Assembly: GCA_013239625.1 (NCBI GenBank)
Contig: MU056050.1
Location: forward strand, 4,659,366-4,723,365
DNA: 64,000 nucleotides
Source of the DNA: Lama guanicoe
Lineage: Eukaryota
Direction: 5' to 3'
Part shown: in pieces, positions 39,267 through 52,600 of the stretch
Layout: each line of letters begins with the position of its first letter
Numbering within the stretch: the first letter of the stretch is position 1
The notes under the pieces: model-generated
Database searches by the model: none
What the model saw: the letters and a program-made list of their open reading frames with translations, nothing else
What the model was told of the DNA's origin: nothing
Made by a program: the position numbers and the translations under genes

Positions 39267-39780
39267 TGTGATCAAGAAATTAGCCAAAAGTTCATAAAAT
39301 TTAGTCTAAACATAAAGTACCGTGTGGAAAGTGAATGCTGTCTGCCATTCCAGTAAACAATGAATGTTGCCTGCCATCAAGCCATCAGCCATTGCAGCCA
39401 TCCCCAAAGGGGAATTCAGGATGGAAGAAAACAGGATACTGGCCTTAGATAGTTAAGGTGCATATCTAAGGAGTAATTTCAATGAGCCAAGATTCTTGCA
39501 TCTTCCCATACATAGAAAAGCACTAAAATCATTAACTTGAGATGTCTGGTTTTTGTGATTAGCGTTGATCTTTTGATGTTCAACTACATGTTTTTGTTTG
39601 TTTGTTTGTTTGTTTGTTTCAGCAAAAATTTCTATATGTCCTGGCTCCTACCTTACCTCCCTTACCTTGGAGCAGTCCTTCAGAGCTGAGATACTGTCAT
39701 CCGGGCTATAGTTCTCAGTAAGGGCCCTGAATAAAACTTAACTCACAACTTTTAGGTGGCATGTTTTTCTTCAGTCAACA
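39267..39780 (+). mobile_element. Solo LTR (artiodactyl-type ERV1)
   Basis: Ends gaataaaacttaactcacaac...ttcttcagtcaaca. The left boundary is uncertain. Confidence 0.65.
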
Positions 39781-39781
39781 A

Positions 39782-40238
39782 CAGGCATATATCAGTGATA
39801 TTACAGGTTTAGTTCCAGACCACAATAAAGCAGATATGATAATAAAGCAGGTCACACAATTTTTTTGTTTCCCATTACATATAAAAGTTATATTTACACT
39901 CTACTGCAGTCTATTTAAGTGTGCAATAGCATAATGCCTAAAATATAATGTACATGCATTAATTAAAAATTACTTTATTGCTAAAAAATGCTAACCATCA
40001 CTGAATCTTCAGGAAGTCATGATCTTTTTGCAACAGTAATATGAAAATCACTGATCACAGATCACTAATATAATATTGAAGATCTTTGGAATATTGAGAG
40101 AATTACTGAAATGTGACACCCAGAGACAGGAAGTGAGCAAATGCTGTTGGAAAAAATAGCCAGGGTTGCAACAAACCTTCAATTTGTTAAAAAAAAAAAG
40201 GCAACATCTGGGAAGCACAATAAAACAAGGTGTGGCTG
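39782..40238 (-). mobile_element. Internally deleted Tigger1 derivative (Tigger1a-type MITE)
   Basis: Both Tigger1 ends are present (caggcat...gttccagaccac and gggttgcaacaaaccttcaatttg...aataaaacaagg..ctg|ta), joined across about 460 bp. Confidence 0.8.
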
Positions 40239-41438
40239 TACTCAATTCAATTAAAACTTCAAGAGTACTCGTTGGCTGAGGACCCAGTGTTTACTTTGTT
40301 GAGGGTTCATTCCTTGCAATGCTGTAGGAGGCCAGTGCAAAAGGGAATGTAGTGTGATCAAGAACAGAGAAGGTAGGACCTGAGCCCTGTCATCTGTCTC
40401 ATGATTTTCCCCCATCAGAAAAATAATGAACCCTAGAGGTCAAGCATTAAAATAGTACCTGAAAGTGACTTTAGTTAGGGTTAACTAAATATAAAGAGAC
40501 ATATTCCAAAATTCTTCTTTGAGAACCTAGCTTTTCAGGCTAAGCTACCACGATGGAGTACAGGAAAACCAATGTTTTAATCAAGAGATGTTCCAGAATT
40601 AGTGCCTTCAAAGCTAAGGTATGGGGCAAAGGAATCACAATCCATGTCTGCAACCTTTTAACACCCTGTGTTTATCTTGTGCATTAAAAAGGATATAAGA
40701 AAAGTTCTTGGAGGAAATAATTTTAATTTCTATAAAATTAAAAGCATATATATATATACACACACACATATATATATCAGTATGAGGTATAGCACACGTA
40801 TACAAAATACACCCTTATATATAAGATTTAAAAAATTATTCACCCTGAACACAGAGTTAGCAAATTACAGATATTAAGCCCTTAATTCCAGTTTATGTCT
40901 CTTCCTTTGCATGCCTAACAGATTTGTTCACAAAAGCCTAACTCTAACTCATCAAAAGACCCAGGGAGCAAAGCTCATTCATGTACAAACAAAAATAACA
41001 AAATCAACAGTATCCCTCTCCTCTTCTTCTCCCCTGAATAAACAGTGACAGGAAACACACTTTTCTAAGCACAATAGTTCACATTAAACTGCCAAGAGCT
41101 TTGTAATTCCCACACCTTTCTAACCAGATCCCCTGTCAGCACTTCTTCAAAGGTGCAGGAGTGTCACAAATCCCATAGGCTCACTGTTTCTTTGGAGACC
41201 ATAGTTTATTTTCTTGGCAGACTATTAGCCCCTTTACTTCCATGTGGGTGTGTCTATATGTGGGGTATCTGTTTGGGGGATGCTAATTAGTAAGCTATTG
41301 CTTCAGAAGCTCCAAAGTGGTAATATTCCCTTTGATCTCCCTCTTTGGCCCCTAGGGTAATCTCCTGCCTTTACAACAACCAGTTACACCTTCTCAGAAG
41401 GAAACTATGTTTATTGTTCATCATAATTTTGTACTTAC

Positions 41439-41526
41439 CTAGTGCTAAATCTGCAATGTATTCATAAGAGCATGATTTTAAGCTCCCCTGGTCTTTAATA
41501 GGGTGATAATATACAATCATTAAAAG
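41439..41526 (-). other. Candidate 88-nt exon (phase 0 to 1: LLMIVYYHPIKDQGSLKSCSYEYIADLAL-G)
   Basis: Oligo-T tract then aatttaag|CTTTTA...CACTAG|gtaagt. The open frame is phase-compatible with the 28762-28828 candidate. Confidence 0.35.
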
Positions 41527-42564
41527 CTTAAATTAAAAAAAAACTTATTGATAATGGAAAAGCATATTTTGAAGCAAATTTGTTTTAATGCTCATTTAAG
41601 GGGCTGTAGGTGTACTCACTCTCTGTCTTAGGCATCTAATCCATGCTTCACACTGCTACCAGGACAATATTCCTGAAGCAGAGTTATGATGTCACACCCC
41701 TATTTAAACACTTTCATGACTCACAATGGCAAAGTAAATTTAATTCATCTTAGAGTCAATTATTGAGAGCTTCCTTTGAGCTAGACACCATGGGAATATA
41801 AAGAAAATATTCCAAATTGCTGCCTTCGAGGAACTCACAATTGATGAAAAAGTAATATACTAGTTGCCACAATGGACATACACTTGGGATGTTATATAAC
41901 CACAGAGGAGAGAGTATTTAATAGAATCCAGGGCTAGGGCTGGGAGGAATAGGAGTCAAGGATAGACTAGATCTTCACAAGAGTTGATGATGGTACCAAG
42001 CTGAGTCATATTACCTCAATTAATATTCTCAAGACAAATTGGAAAGTTCTTTTATTTTGAGCATCATTACCATACTGTGCAACAGTAAGGCATGCTTATA
42101 CAGAAGGCTTGAGACACTTGAGGAATGCATTTGGTTCTGTTGTCTCAAAGGAATGGGGTACAATTCATAGGTGACTGCTGATAAATCTGGGAAAGTACAT
42201 AAGGTCTAAGGGATTTAAATATGATGCCAAGGGTTTAAGCAGGGTACTTAGGTGTGTAGATTTTTTTTTAAATTGATAAATCTTAGAATGTAAAGGATGG
42301 ACTAGAAGAGAATGAAGGCAGGATAACCAACTAGGATGTTATTGCAGTGATTCAGTCAAGAAGCAATAAAGTCCTGAAGCTTGATAGCAGTGGTATGAAT
42401 GGAGAAGAAGAGGTAGATTCATTAGAGATTTGAGGACTAGAAATGAAGTGACTTGGGGACTCATTGGCATCAAGATGTGATGACAGAAAAAGTGTCTAGG
42501 ATGATCTTCACATTTCTGATGTTGATAATTCTAACTGGGTAAAGACATGGAGGGACATTGCATA

Positions 42565-45060
42565 AAATTACCAATTCAAAAAGACATAGTAATCCTAGCT
42601 GTGCATACATCAAACAACAAAAAAGCAAAATATATTAAGCAAAAACTAACAGAATTGAAAGAAGAAATAGACAAATACACAATTATAATTGGAGACTTCA
42701 GTACTCCATCTCAACAACTGACAGAATAGAAAGAGAATCCGCAAGAATATAGAACTCAACAATAACATCAAACAAGCCAATCCAATTGACTTTTATGGAA
42801 CACTTCATCCCTCCAAAGCAGAAAACACATTCTTTTCAGGTTTCCATGGAACATATACAAAGATAGACCATATCTTGGGCCATAGAACAAACCTCAAACA
42901 TTTTAAAGTAATTGAAATCATACAGAGTATGTTTTATGACCACAAGAGAATCAAACGAGAAATCAATAACAAGAGGATAACAGGAAAATCCCAGAACACT
43001 TGGGGAACAGACAACACACTTCTAGATAATCCATGGGTCAAAGAGGAAGTATTAAAGGAAATAAAAAATATATTGAACTGAATGAAAATGAAAACCCAAC
43101 ATATTAAAATTCATGGTACAGCACTAAAGCTGTGCTGAGAGGGAAAGTTATAGTATTTAGGCATACATTAGAAAAGAGGAAACATTTCAAAGCAATAAGC
43201 TAATCTCTTATCTTAAGAACCTAGAAAATAGAAGAGCAAAATAAATCCAAAGTTAGCTGGAGGAAGAAAATAATAAAGATAAGAGCTGAGATCAATGAAA
43301 TTAAAAACAGAAAAACAATAGAGAATATAAATGAAAGAAAGAGCTGATCCTTTTAAAAGACCAATAACATTTATAAATTTCTAGCAAGACTGATAAAAAG
43401 AAGAGATAAGACACAATTACCAATATCAGGAATTAAACAGGACATCACTAAAGACTCTGCAGACATGAAAAAGATAATAGGGGAATAATATGAACAGCTA
43501 TTCAAAAATAAACTTGACAACTTGTGTGAAATGGATCACTTCTTTGAAAAACACAAATTATCACAATTTATTCAATATGGAATATTAGCCACACAAATAT
43601 TAAGGAAATTGATAGGTTAAAAATTCCCCCAAAGAAGTCTTTAGGACCAGAATCCTGGAGAATTCTACCACATATTTAAAGAAGACTTAACATCAATTCC
43701 ATAAAATCTATTTCAAAAAATTTAAGGAGGGAACATTTGCCAATTCATTTTATGAAGCTACTATTACTCTGATACTAAAACTAGACAAAGATAATGCAAA
43801 AAACAAAACTACAGACTAGTATCTCTTATGAATATAGATGTAGAAATACTCAACAAAGTATTAGCAAATGAAATCTAGCAGCACACTAAAAGGATTATAC
43901 ATCATACCTAAGTGGGGTTTTCACAGTAATTGCAAGAGTGGTTCAACATGTGAATATCAATGTATTTTGTATATGTATGCTATCCTGCATACAGAGACAT
44001 ATACTTTCAGCTTTATACAAATTAAGATAATATCCTCCAACAAATTTTGGTAAAAGAAAACCTTGATAAATTGAAATTCATAGAATTAAAAATTTTAGCT
44101 CTGTGGAAAACCCACTTGAAAGGATGAAAGTGTAAGCTATACACTGGGAAAAATTATTTGCAAATCACATCTGACAAAGGATTCATATCTAGCATATATA
44201 AAGAAATCTCAAAACTCAACAGTTTAAAAATGGGTAAAAGACATTAAGAGACAATTCACAAAAGAAGACATACAGATGGTAAGAAAATACATGAAAAAAT
44301 ATTCAACATATTAGCCATTAGTGAGTCCAAATGAAAACTACAATAAGATTTTACCACACACCTATCAGAATGGTATAGCAACTGTGGAAAACAGTTTGTC
44401 AGTTTTGTTTTAAACTTAATTTGTGACTTACATACAAACTCAGTAATTGTACTCCTTTTTTTATCTCAGAAAAATAAAACATGAGTTCAAACAAAAATTT
44501 GTACATGAATATTTACAGCAGATTTATTTGTAGTAGCTCCAAAGTGGAAATAACCCAAATATCATGCAATGGATGAATGGTTAAACAAACTGTGGGTACA
44601 TCCATACCTTAAAACACTACTCGGAAATAAAAAGAAATGGAATACTGATACAAGTAACAACCTAAATGAATATCTAGAGAATTATACTTAGTGAAAAACA
44701 GCTGATACTAAAACCTTATATATTATACGATTCAATTCATGCAACAGTGTTGAAATTACAAAATTGTGGCCATGGTGAACTGATCAATGATTATGAGAGG
44801 TCAGGGACAGGGCAGAGGGTTAAGGGGGAGTGTGGGTGTGGCTATAAAGCGGCAAAATAAGAGATCTCTGTGGTGGTAGAAATGTTCTGCATCTTGACCA
44901 TATTAAACGTCCATATTTTGGTTGTGATTTTCGAACTCTAAGTTTTGATAGATATTACCAACAGGGAAAATGTGTAAAGGATACACACAGGATCTCTCTG
45001 TATTATTTGTTACAACTGCTTGTGAATCTACAATCATCTCAAATAAAAGTTAATTAAAAC
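42565..45060 (+). mobile_element. L1 (L1MC-like): decayed ORF2 endonuclease-to-RT segment joined to the 3' end
   Basis: EN motifs IIIGDFSTP, GHRTNL and MFYDH, RT entry NYRLVSLMNID, an internal deletion near 43960-44050, and a 3' UTR ending aataaaag at about 45050. Confidence 0.9.
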
Positions 45061-45192
45061 ATGAATGCATATAAAAGGATTAGTACCATTAGAAGCAATC
45101 AGTAAGCGCTAAATAAATGGCTTAGCACAGTAACCATCTCAGTGTCTGCATACAGAAAATAGTCAATATTTACTATTGACTTGAATTGGGGT

Positions 45193-46128
45193 TTTTTTTT
45201 TGTTGTTGTTGTGGTTGGCTTTATTTTGCTGTTGATGTTTTCTGCAAAACCTTTATTGTTACATTTGGTCCACAGCTTGGGCTAGGGCTCCAGGGTGGTT
45301 AAAAGCAGCCTAGTGGCTGCAGCTAGAAGTTTAGGTAAAAGACCTGACAGCAGAGGTTGCAGAGAGGTCCTTGAAGGGCTGCTGGGCTCCGGAGGCTCGA
45401 GTCATTCTGGAGGGTGAGCCTTTGGAGGAGCTACTCGGCCAGCCCCGCCCGGGGGCCGGCAGCCGGCGGGGGCCAGTAAGGTGGGGGCCATCTCTTGATG
45501 AGTTTCACCCGCTCCTCCCGGAAGCGGCTCTCCCGGAAGTCGGAGATGGGGGTGGTCTCAGCGGCCGGAACCCAGGACGCGCAGGTCCGAAAGGCCCTCT
45601 CTCAGGTTCTCCTCCAGGACTGTGGCGGCTTCCATAGCCTCCAGGGTTTTTCCCCACTCGTCTTGGGATGTTTCCTGCACATCCTGGAAGAGAGGGCGTG
45701 GCACGGCCACCACGCTGGTTTTGCATCTTCCAGAGATGCTGGGCGCCCTCGCGCTTCTCCTGCGCCAGTTCCCGGGAGTGGCCCACACGCGGTGCCAACG
45801 GACGCCCAGAGAGAGGTAGGTGTAGGAGAACCACAGATGCAGATTCACGGGGCGGTTTACGTCGACCTTCACCTCAGTGGATTAACTCTGACGAATGGGG
45901 AGCTCATGGTTGCTCAGCAATAAGGAGTTAAGCAAAAAACCAAACAAACAAAACAGTGGTGCTGGCTGGTACCGGAGGCTGACGAGGTAAGAGGCGATGG
46001 TCCCAGTCTTTGCGGCTGGAAAAGAGGCTGGAGGGTGGTCGGAGACTGGAAGAAGGGATGTCCGCGGGTCTGTTCCATACAAACACTGTTGAACCGAGAG
46101 ACAGATCCTCCGACCACTGGACACACTA
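45193..46128 (-). pseudogene. FTL: Processed ferritin light chain pseudogene (CDS remnant 45398-45907)
   Basis: gcaaccATGAGCTCC start at 45907. Remnant peptides VNLHL..SYTYLSLG, ELAQEKREGAQHLWKMQNQRGGRA, LFQDVQ..SQDEWGKTLEAMEAA and VKLIK. It is intronless, with AATAAA at 45252-57, a decayed poly(A) tail, and multiple stops and frameshifts. Confidence 0.95.
46069..46105 (-). promoter_or_regulatory. Degenerate iron-responsive element in the pseudogene 5' UTR
   Basis: TCTGTCTCTCGGTTCAA-CAGTGT-TTGTATGGAACAGA. The loop is intact, the C bulge is replaced by G, and one upper-stem pair is lost. Confidence 0.8.
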
Positions 46129-46844
46129 TGAATAGTCTTAAATTTAAAGCCAGTCAATTCTTTAGGACAGACAAAAATTAGAAGTTCTGATTATTGTCCT
46201 ATAAATACTGACAGGCTAAAATTTTTTATAGGTGGTGAGAAAGGCGGCCTGAAATAGGAAAGGGGTGCTTTGGAGGAGGGGAAGGGAAGAAGGGAAGGAA
46301 AGCTGTTGGAAAGAATGAGAATGGAGACACATGAAGAGAAGGGAGTGAGAGAAAAAGGGGAAGTATGGAAGGGATGGAGAAACAAAAGTGCAGCTAACCT
46401 AATAGGAAATCTTCCCTATAGGCTGAATAAACCTTAGCTTTTTTGGAGGGAAATGGGACACCATTGTAAGGAGCAGCGCCATTGTGCTGGAATACTGGTT
46501 TGGAGATTCATTAGAAATTTATTCCCTTGAATTAATGACCTGCAATGATCAGGGCAAATGCCTTTCTGAGAGATAACATGTTGCTCACCTCAGTTATTAG
46601 AACTCTTGTGTAAAGTCATTTATCAGTCACTTAGAAGATCTAGATGGAAGAGGGCAAAGAGTGAATCAATTAGGAAGGAGGGAGTGATTAAAAATTCATA
46701 GCATGTGTCTCTTCCTAAATTGAGACCATCTGGCAACTGTAGTCCCGGTTATGTTAACGAGTTTGGAGATGAGGGTGATGTGAGAGGTGGTGCCTACAGG
46801 AAGGTAGGAGAACAGCGAGGAACCTTGTGAAAATAAAATAAGTC

Positions 46845-46925
46845 AGTGTTTGAGCCATATGAAATTGCCATTTTAGTCAGTCAAAAAATAAGTAGATATG
46901 TACAGTTTCATGTGGTTCCACCTAA
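46845..46925. mobile_element. MADE2-like mariner MITE
   Basis: About 80 bp with inverted ends: tgagccatatgaaattgcc...gtttcatgtggttccacctaata. Confidence 0.75.
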
Positions 46926-49299
46926 TATATGCGAAAGCCCTTTAGAAACTAAACATCTAAATAAATAGAAGATGTTGCTGTGAGGCAGGTGATGATTCAC
47001 AATGGGGAAAAAAGACAGGATTTCGACCTTAATTATGGTTCTAGCTTTCCCACTTCTTAACTGTTACCTTGAATGAGTCACTTCACCTTTCTGAGTCTTC
47101 TCTTTTGTAAAATGAGAATGCTAACATTTCCCATCCAATGTCCAACTTGAGTTTATAGGTGAGGACAAAATGAATTCGTTTACTTAAAAGTGTATTGCAA
47201 ACCCCATTGCGTTATCTAAAACCAAACTGTATTCATATACATTGAAACAAATTGTGTTGAGTTTAGATTTTTTTTTAAGTTTTTCCTTTAGTGCAGTTTG
47301 AGTTAATTATCTTAACCATAGACAGAAGGTTTTTTATTGTTGTTTTCTGGGTAGCAGGTTTTAGGGGGGCATTGGGAGATTAAAGAAAGAATGTCCCTTG
47401 CCCTATGAGAAAGGTGGGTTCGAGGTACAAAAATAGTGGGAGGATCCCACAGCCTTTCTTACTCCAGGCAAAACATCTTTATTTTCTATATTTAAAGCCT
47501 GAAGATTCAATCCACTTTTTATGAAGTAAATACACCTAAATTCAGATACTGTTGGACTCCTTTTCAAGCTTTATCATCATCTCTATTGACACGGAGGGGT
47601 TATTTAGTTTGTCCTTCATCTGTTTGGCAGGCAACCAAATTGCATGCATGTTTTCCCACTCTTGATCATTGTCAAGAAGATTTTTTTCCTTTATGCTTGT
47701 CAAAGTAAAAAGGGCTTTAAAAATACTTAAGTGGATAAGTGGAACATCTAATATACTTGTAGGTTGTTCTTTATTAATAAGAGTCTATTGTGAATTTTTC
47801 ATTGTCACCCAGGCAGTTTGGAAGAGGCCATCAGCAATCTAGCCCCAGCATGTCTTTGTAATCATTTTGGGTTGGGGAGGGAGGTTGTCATGGCCAGTAC
47901 TACTGTCCCCATTTAGCTGATAGAGAAATTGAGATCATCTGTCGACAATCACCAGCCTGCATCATGAAAAACATCAATTGGTACACAGTGCTAAAGCAGG
48001 TTTTGTAATCAATATAATTAAATAAACATTCTTGTAGCAATGTATATTGATCACACAAATAGTCCGATCAAATTATAATGACTGATTTTGCCTTGCTACA
48101 GACTATTTTGATGGCCATATGACTATAACATTAGTGAAATGTATGAATGGTTTCTTTCTATTGTGAAATGAATACTGTTTCTTTCAAAAAGCTAGAACTA
48201 AGGATAATCTATAACCTCGAAGTAGCTAGATTGCTAAACCAATCTATACACCCACACCTCACTTGTTCAATTATATTGTGAGATACTGCCATCAGGTATG
48301 GATTGTCTTATTTTATAGGATCAATGTAATATATCAATGGTATATATTCATATTTCAAATGTACGTTTTATATGGCATCATGTCTAATTCCTAAGATTTG
48401 ATAGATAAGATGTTAGAAAAAAAAATCTGTTGAACTCCTCTGGCTTTCCTAAATAATTAACAAAATGCCTTTTATCTGTTGCTTATAACCATGAATTTTC
48501 TGTTACTTCTAATCAGAGCCCATGCATTGCACACAATTTCATTTATTCATCACCCCATTTCACACCAGTGTCAGATTCTGCTGTTGTCGTTATTGATTCC
48601 ATTATTTTTCCATCTACCTCTCTATAAATTCATTTCCTCTAACCACCAATGAAGCACTTCTTTGCTTACTTCAAAGTTTGGTTTAAAATTTACTTCTCTA
48701 GGATGTGTTCCTTACTATACCAAAGTGAGTTTGATCACTCCTTTATTGTACATTTCCTTAGAATTCTTTTTTCATTACCAAGCCATTGCTTTCATGTGTT
48801 CCTAAATGATAATGAGTATCAGGGAAACTGAGGATAAATTAGCATTCATGCAATACTTAAAGAAAACTTTATTGATCGTGTGCTTATGCAAGCCAAACAC
48901 TTGAGAGCTGTAAAGAATGATAAAGAATAAGTGACGACAGCACTATGTAGAATTAAATCATTAACAGACATACTGCAAAATGCTATGAACAGATAGGATG
49001 AACAAATTTATTGAATTCATTACTGTAGCTTGTTTTCACTCTCTTGATTGCATCTTTTTTTTTTTGCAAAGACAGCAAGACTTGTTCAAATTCAGTAAGT
49101 TCAGTATTTCAGAATCCTACACTGATAATTTTAAAGGTAATTCAGAATTGTGGAAATTATGCCCTTTCATTAAAGTAACACCAAAAGCACGCCCAAAATA
49201 TGATTTTTAGGTCACATAAACATGATATAAATATACTTTGTCATTTTATATCACTGACTGTTGTGTCTCAACTTGAGTATTCTATGTAAAAATGTGATT

Positions 49300-49630
49300 T
49301 TTTTTTAATTGAAGTATATTTGATTTACAATGTTGTATTTCTGGTGTACAGCATAGTGATTCAGTTATATATCTATGTATTATTCTTTTTCATTATAGAT
49401 TATTACTAGATATTGAATATAGTTTCTTGTGCTGTACAGTAGGACCTTGTTTATTTTATATATAGTAGTTTGTATCTGCTAATCCCGAACTCCTGATTTA
49501 TCCCTCCCTACCCTCTACCCCCTTTGGTAACCATAAGTTTTTCTCTGTGAGTCTGTTTCTGTTTTGTAAATAAGTTCATTTGTGTCATTTTTTTTAGATT
49601 CCACATATAAGTGATACCATATGATATTTG
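49300..49630 (-). mobile_element. L1 3' end (same younger tail type as 9128-9400)
   Basis: Poly-T, then aattgaagtatatttgatttacaatgttg...ttagattccacatataagtgata. Confidence 0.85.
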
Positions 49631-52600
49631 TTTGATTGCATCCTTTGATGCACAAAAATTTTAAATTTTGATAAGGTCCATTTTGTCTGTTTTTTAAATT
49701 TTGTTGCTTATGCTTTTGGTTTCATATTTAGGAACCCATTGCCAAAACCTAAAACATGAAAATATGCCACTGTTTCCTTCTAAGAGGTTTATAATTTCAG
49801 TTCTTTAATGTATGTCTTTAATTTGTTTTGAGTAAATTTTTGTGTATGCTGTGATACAGGGAGAGCAACTTGATTCTTTTCGTGTGGATATCCAGTTGTT
49901 CCAGCACCACTTGTTGAACAGACTGTTCTTTCCCCATTGAGTGATCGAGCCAAACTGTTGAAAATCAATTGAACATACATGTCTTGGTTTGTTTCTGGAC
50001 TCTAAATTCTTTTCGATGGATTGATAAGCCTATTCTTATGCCACTACCACACTGTTGTAATTACTGTAGCCTTGTGGTGTATATTGAAATTAGGAAGTGT
50101 GAGTCTTCCAACTTTGTTCTATTTCAATATTGTTTTGGTTATTTGGGATTCCTAGCAATTTCACATGAATTTAAGGGTTGACATTTCCATATCTGCACAA
50201 AAGGCTATTGGGATTTTGATAGGAAATGTGTTGAATCTATAGATTGCTTTAAGTAGTATTGCCATTTTAAAATCTTGAGTCTTGCTATTTATGAACATAG
50301 GATATCTTTCCACTTATTTAGGTCTTTTTAATGTGCTTGAACAATATTTTGTCGTTTTCACTGTAAAATTCTTGTACATTGAGCCCTAAGTATTTTATTC
50401 TTTTTGATTCTTTAGTAAATTGAATTGTTTTCTTAATTTCCTTTTTTGGTTGTGCATTGATATTTCATTAAAAAACAACTGATTTGTGTATATTCACCTG
50501 GTATCCTGCAATTTTACTGATTTGGTTTATTAGCTCTAATTTTTTTTTTTTTGGTGTGTGTGAATTCTTTAGCATTTTCTAGAATAAGATCATTTCATCT
50601 GTGAATAGATTTGTTTTGCTTCTTCCTTTCCAATTTAGATACTTTTATTTCTTCCCCTTTCCAACTCCTCTATCTAGAGCTTCCCAGTACTATGTTGACT
50701 AAAATAACCAGGTGAAAGTGAGCTTCCTAGTTTTGTACCTGAATTTAGGGTAAAAACTTTCAGCCTTTCACCATTGAGTATAATGTTAGCTGTGGGTCAT
50801 ATATGCCTTTATCATGTTTAGTAAGGTTCCTTCTATTTCTAGGTTTTGAGTATTTTTATCATAAAAGAATGTTGGAATTTGTCAGATGCTTTTTTTTTTC
50901 TCCCATCACTTGAGATCATCGTGTTTCTCTCTCCCTGCATTCTATTAATGTGGTGGATGTGGAATCACCCTGCCATTTCTGGGATAAATCCCACTTAGTC
51001 ATGATATAGTCCTTTTAATATGCTGCTGGACTCAGTTGATTTTTAGTAGAGGATTTTGCATCTATTTTCATGAGTGATATTGGTCTGTATTTTTCTTGGT
51101 TTGTCCATGTCTGGTTTTGATATCAGGCAATGCTGGCCTTGTAGAACAGTTTTCTCCTTTTCTATATATATATATATATATATATTTTTTTTGGAAATTT
51201 TTAGAAGTATTTGTGTTAATTCTTTAAATACCAGTGAAGCCATCTGATCTTGGGTTTTTCATTGTCGGGAGGTTTTTGATTTAATCTCTATAGTTGTAGA
51301 TGTGTTCAGATTATCTTTTTTTAATGTCTAGTTTCATTCAACAAAATTTATTGTGGTCAGAGAATATAATTTGTATGACTCTAATCTTTTAAAATGTATT
51401 GAGTTTTGTTTTGTGGCCCAATACAAGGTCTGTCATAGAGAATATTCCATCTGCACTTGAGAGAGAATGCTTATGCGGTCTTCTCTGGGTGGGATGGTTC
51501 TATGTCTGTTAGGTCTAGTTGTGTATTGTTATTCAAGTCCTCTATTTCCTTACTGATTGTCTGTTTGGTTGGTCTATCAATGACTGTAAATGGGTTATTG
51601 AAATCTCTAAGTGTGTGGAGCTGTTGATTTATTTCTCCAGTTCTGTCAAATTTTGCTTCATATATTTTCAAGCACTGTTATGAGATGTGTATATATTTAC
51701 AATTGTTATATCTTCTTGATATATTGAACTTTATCTATATAAAATGTTCTCTGTCTCTGGTAACACTTTTTGATATAAAATATTTTGTGTAATACTAGTG
51801 TAGCCACCTCTGCTCTCTTGATTACAATTTACATGGAATATGTTTTTCTATTTTTCACTTCCAACTTATTTGTAACTTCAGGTATAAAGTGAGTGTCTTG
51901 TACACAGCATATAGTTGGATCATGTTATTTTATCCACCATACCAATCTCTTTTAGTCAGTATTTAATTCATTTACATTTAGAGTAATTACTGACCAAGAA
52001 GGACTTCTGCCATTTTGTTTTTGTTTTGTACACATTCTGTAATTTTTGGTTTCTATTTCCTGTGTAGCTGAATTTTTTTCAATTTATTTTTTTGGGTAGT
52101 GTAGCATTTTGATGCTTTTTTTCAGTTCCTTTTCTCTGGGCATTACAGTTAATATCTTAAACTTAGGACAGTACAGTTTGAATTAATAGTAATTCCATTT
52201 CAGTAGTATACAAAAACCCTTAAACAGTTTCATCTCTCCTCCATTATGTTATTGTCACAAATTACATCTTCATAGACCATCTGTGCATTAACATAGATTT
52301 ATAATTATTGTTTAATTCATTGGACTTTTAAACAATATAGGGAAAAACAAGGAGTTACAAACCAGAAATACAATAATAACACTGTCTCTTATATTTACCT
52401 ATGTAGTTACTTTCACAGTTATTTTTGTTTTCATCTTGTGGCTTTGAATTACTGTCTAATTTTTTTTTTTTCATTTAGCTTGAAGAACTTCTTGAGGGAA
52501 GGTTTCCTAGCCACAGATTTTTTTCAGCTTTTTGTTTATTTGGGAATGAATTTCTCCTTCATAATTGAAAGATAGTTTTTGAAAAAATAGAATTCTTTGA

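Noticed and set aside
45398..45907. Functional FTL retrogene
   Set aside because: Early frameshift and stops, an internal deletion after YLSLG, several further frameshifts, and loss of the original stop codon.
45371..45931. Plus-strand ORFs of 65-142 aa as a novel gene
   Set aside because: They are antisense shadows of the GC-rich FTL pseudogene, with no recognisable domain.
45175..46145. TSD for the FTL retrocopy (attgacttgaatt / atagtcttaaatt)
   Set aside because: Only 10/13 identity in AT-rich sequence, which cannot be told from chance.
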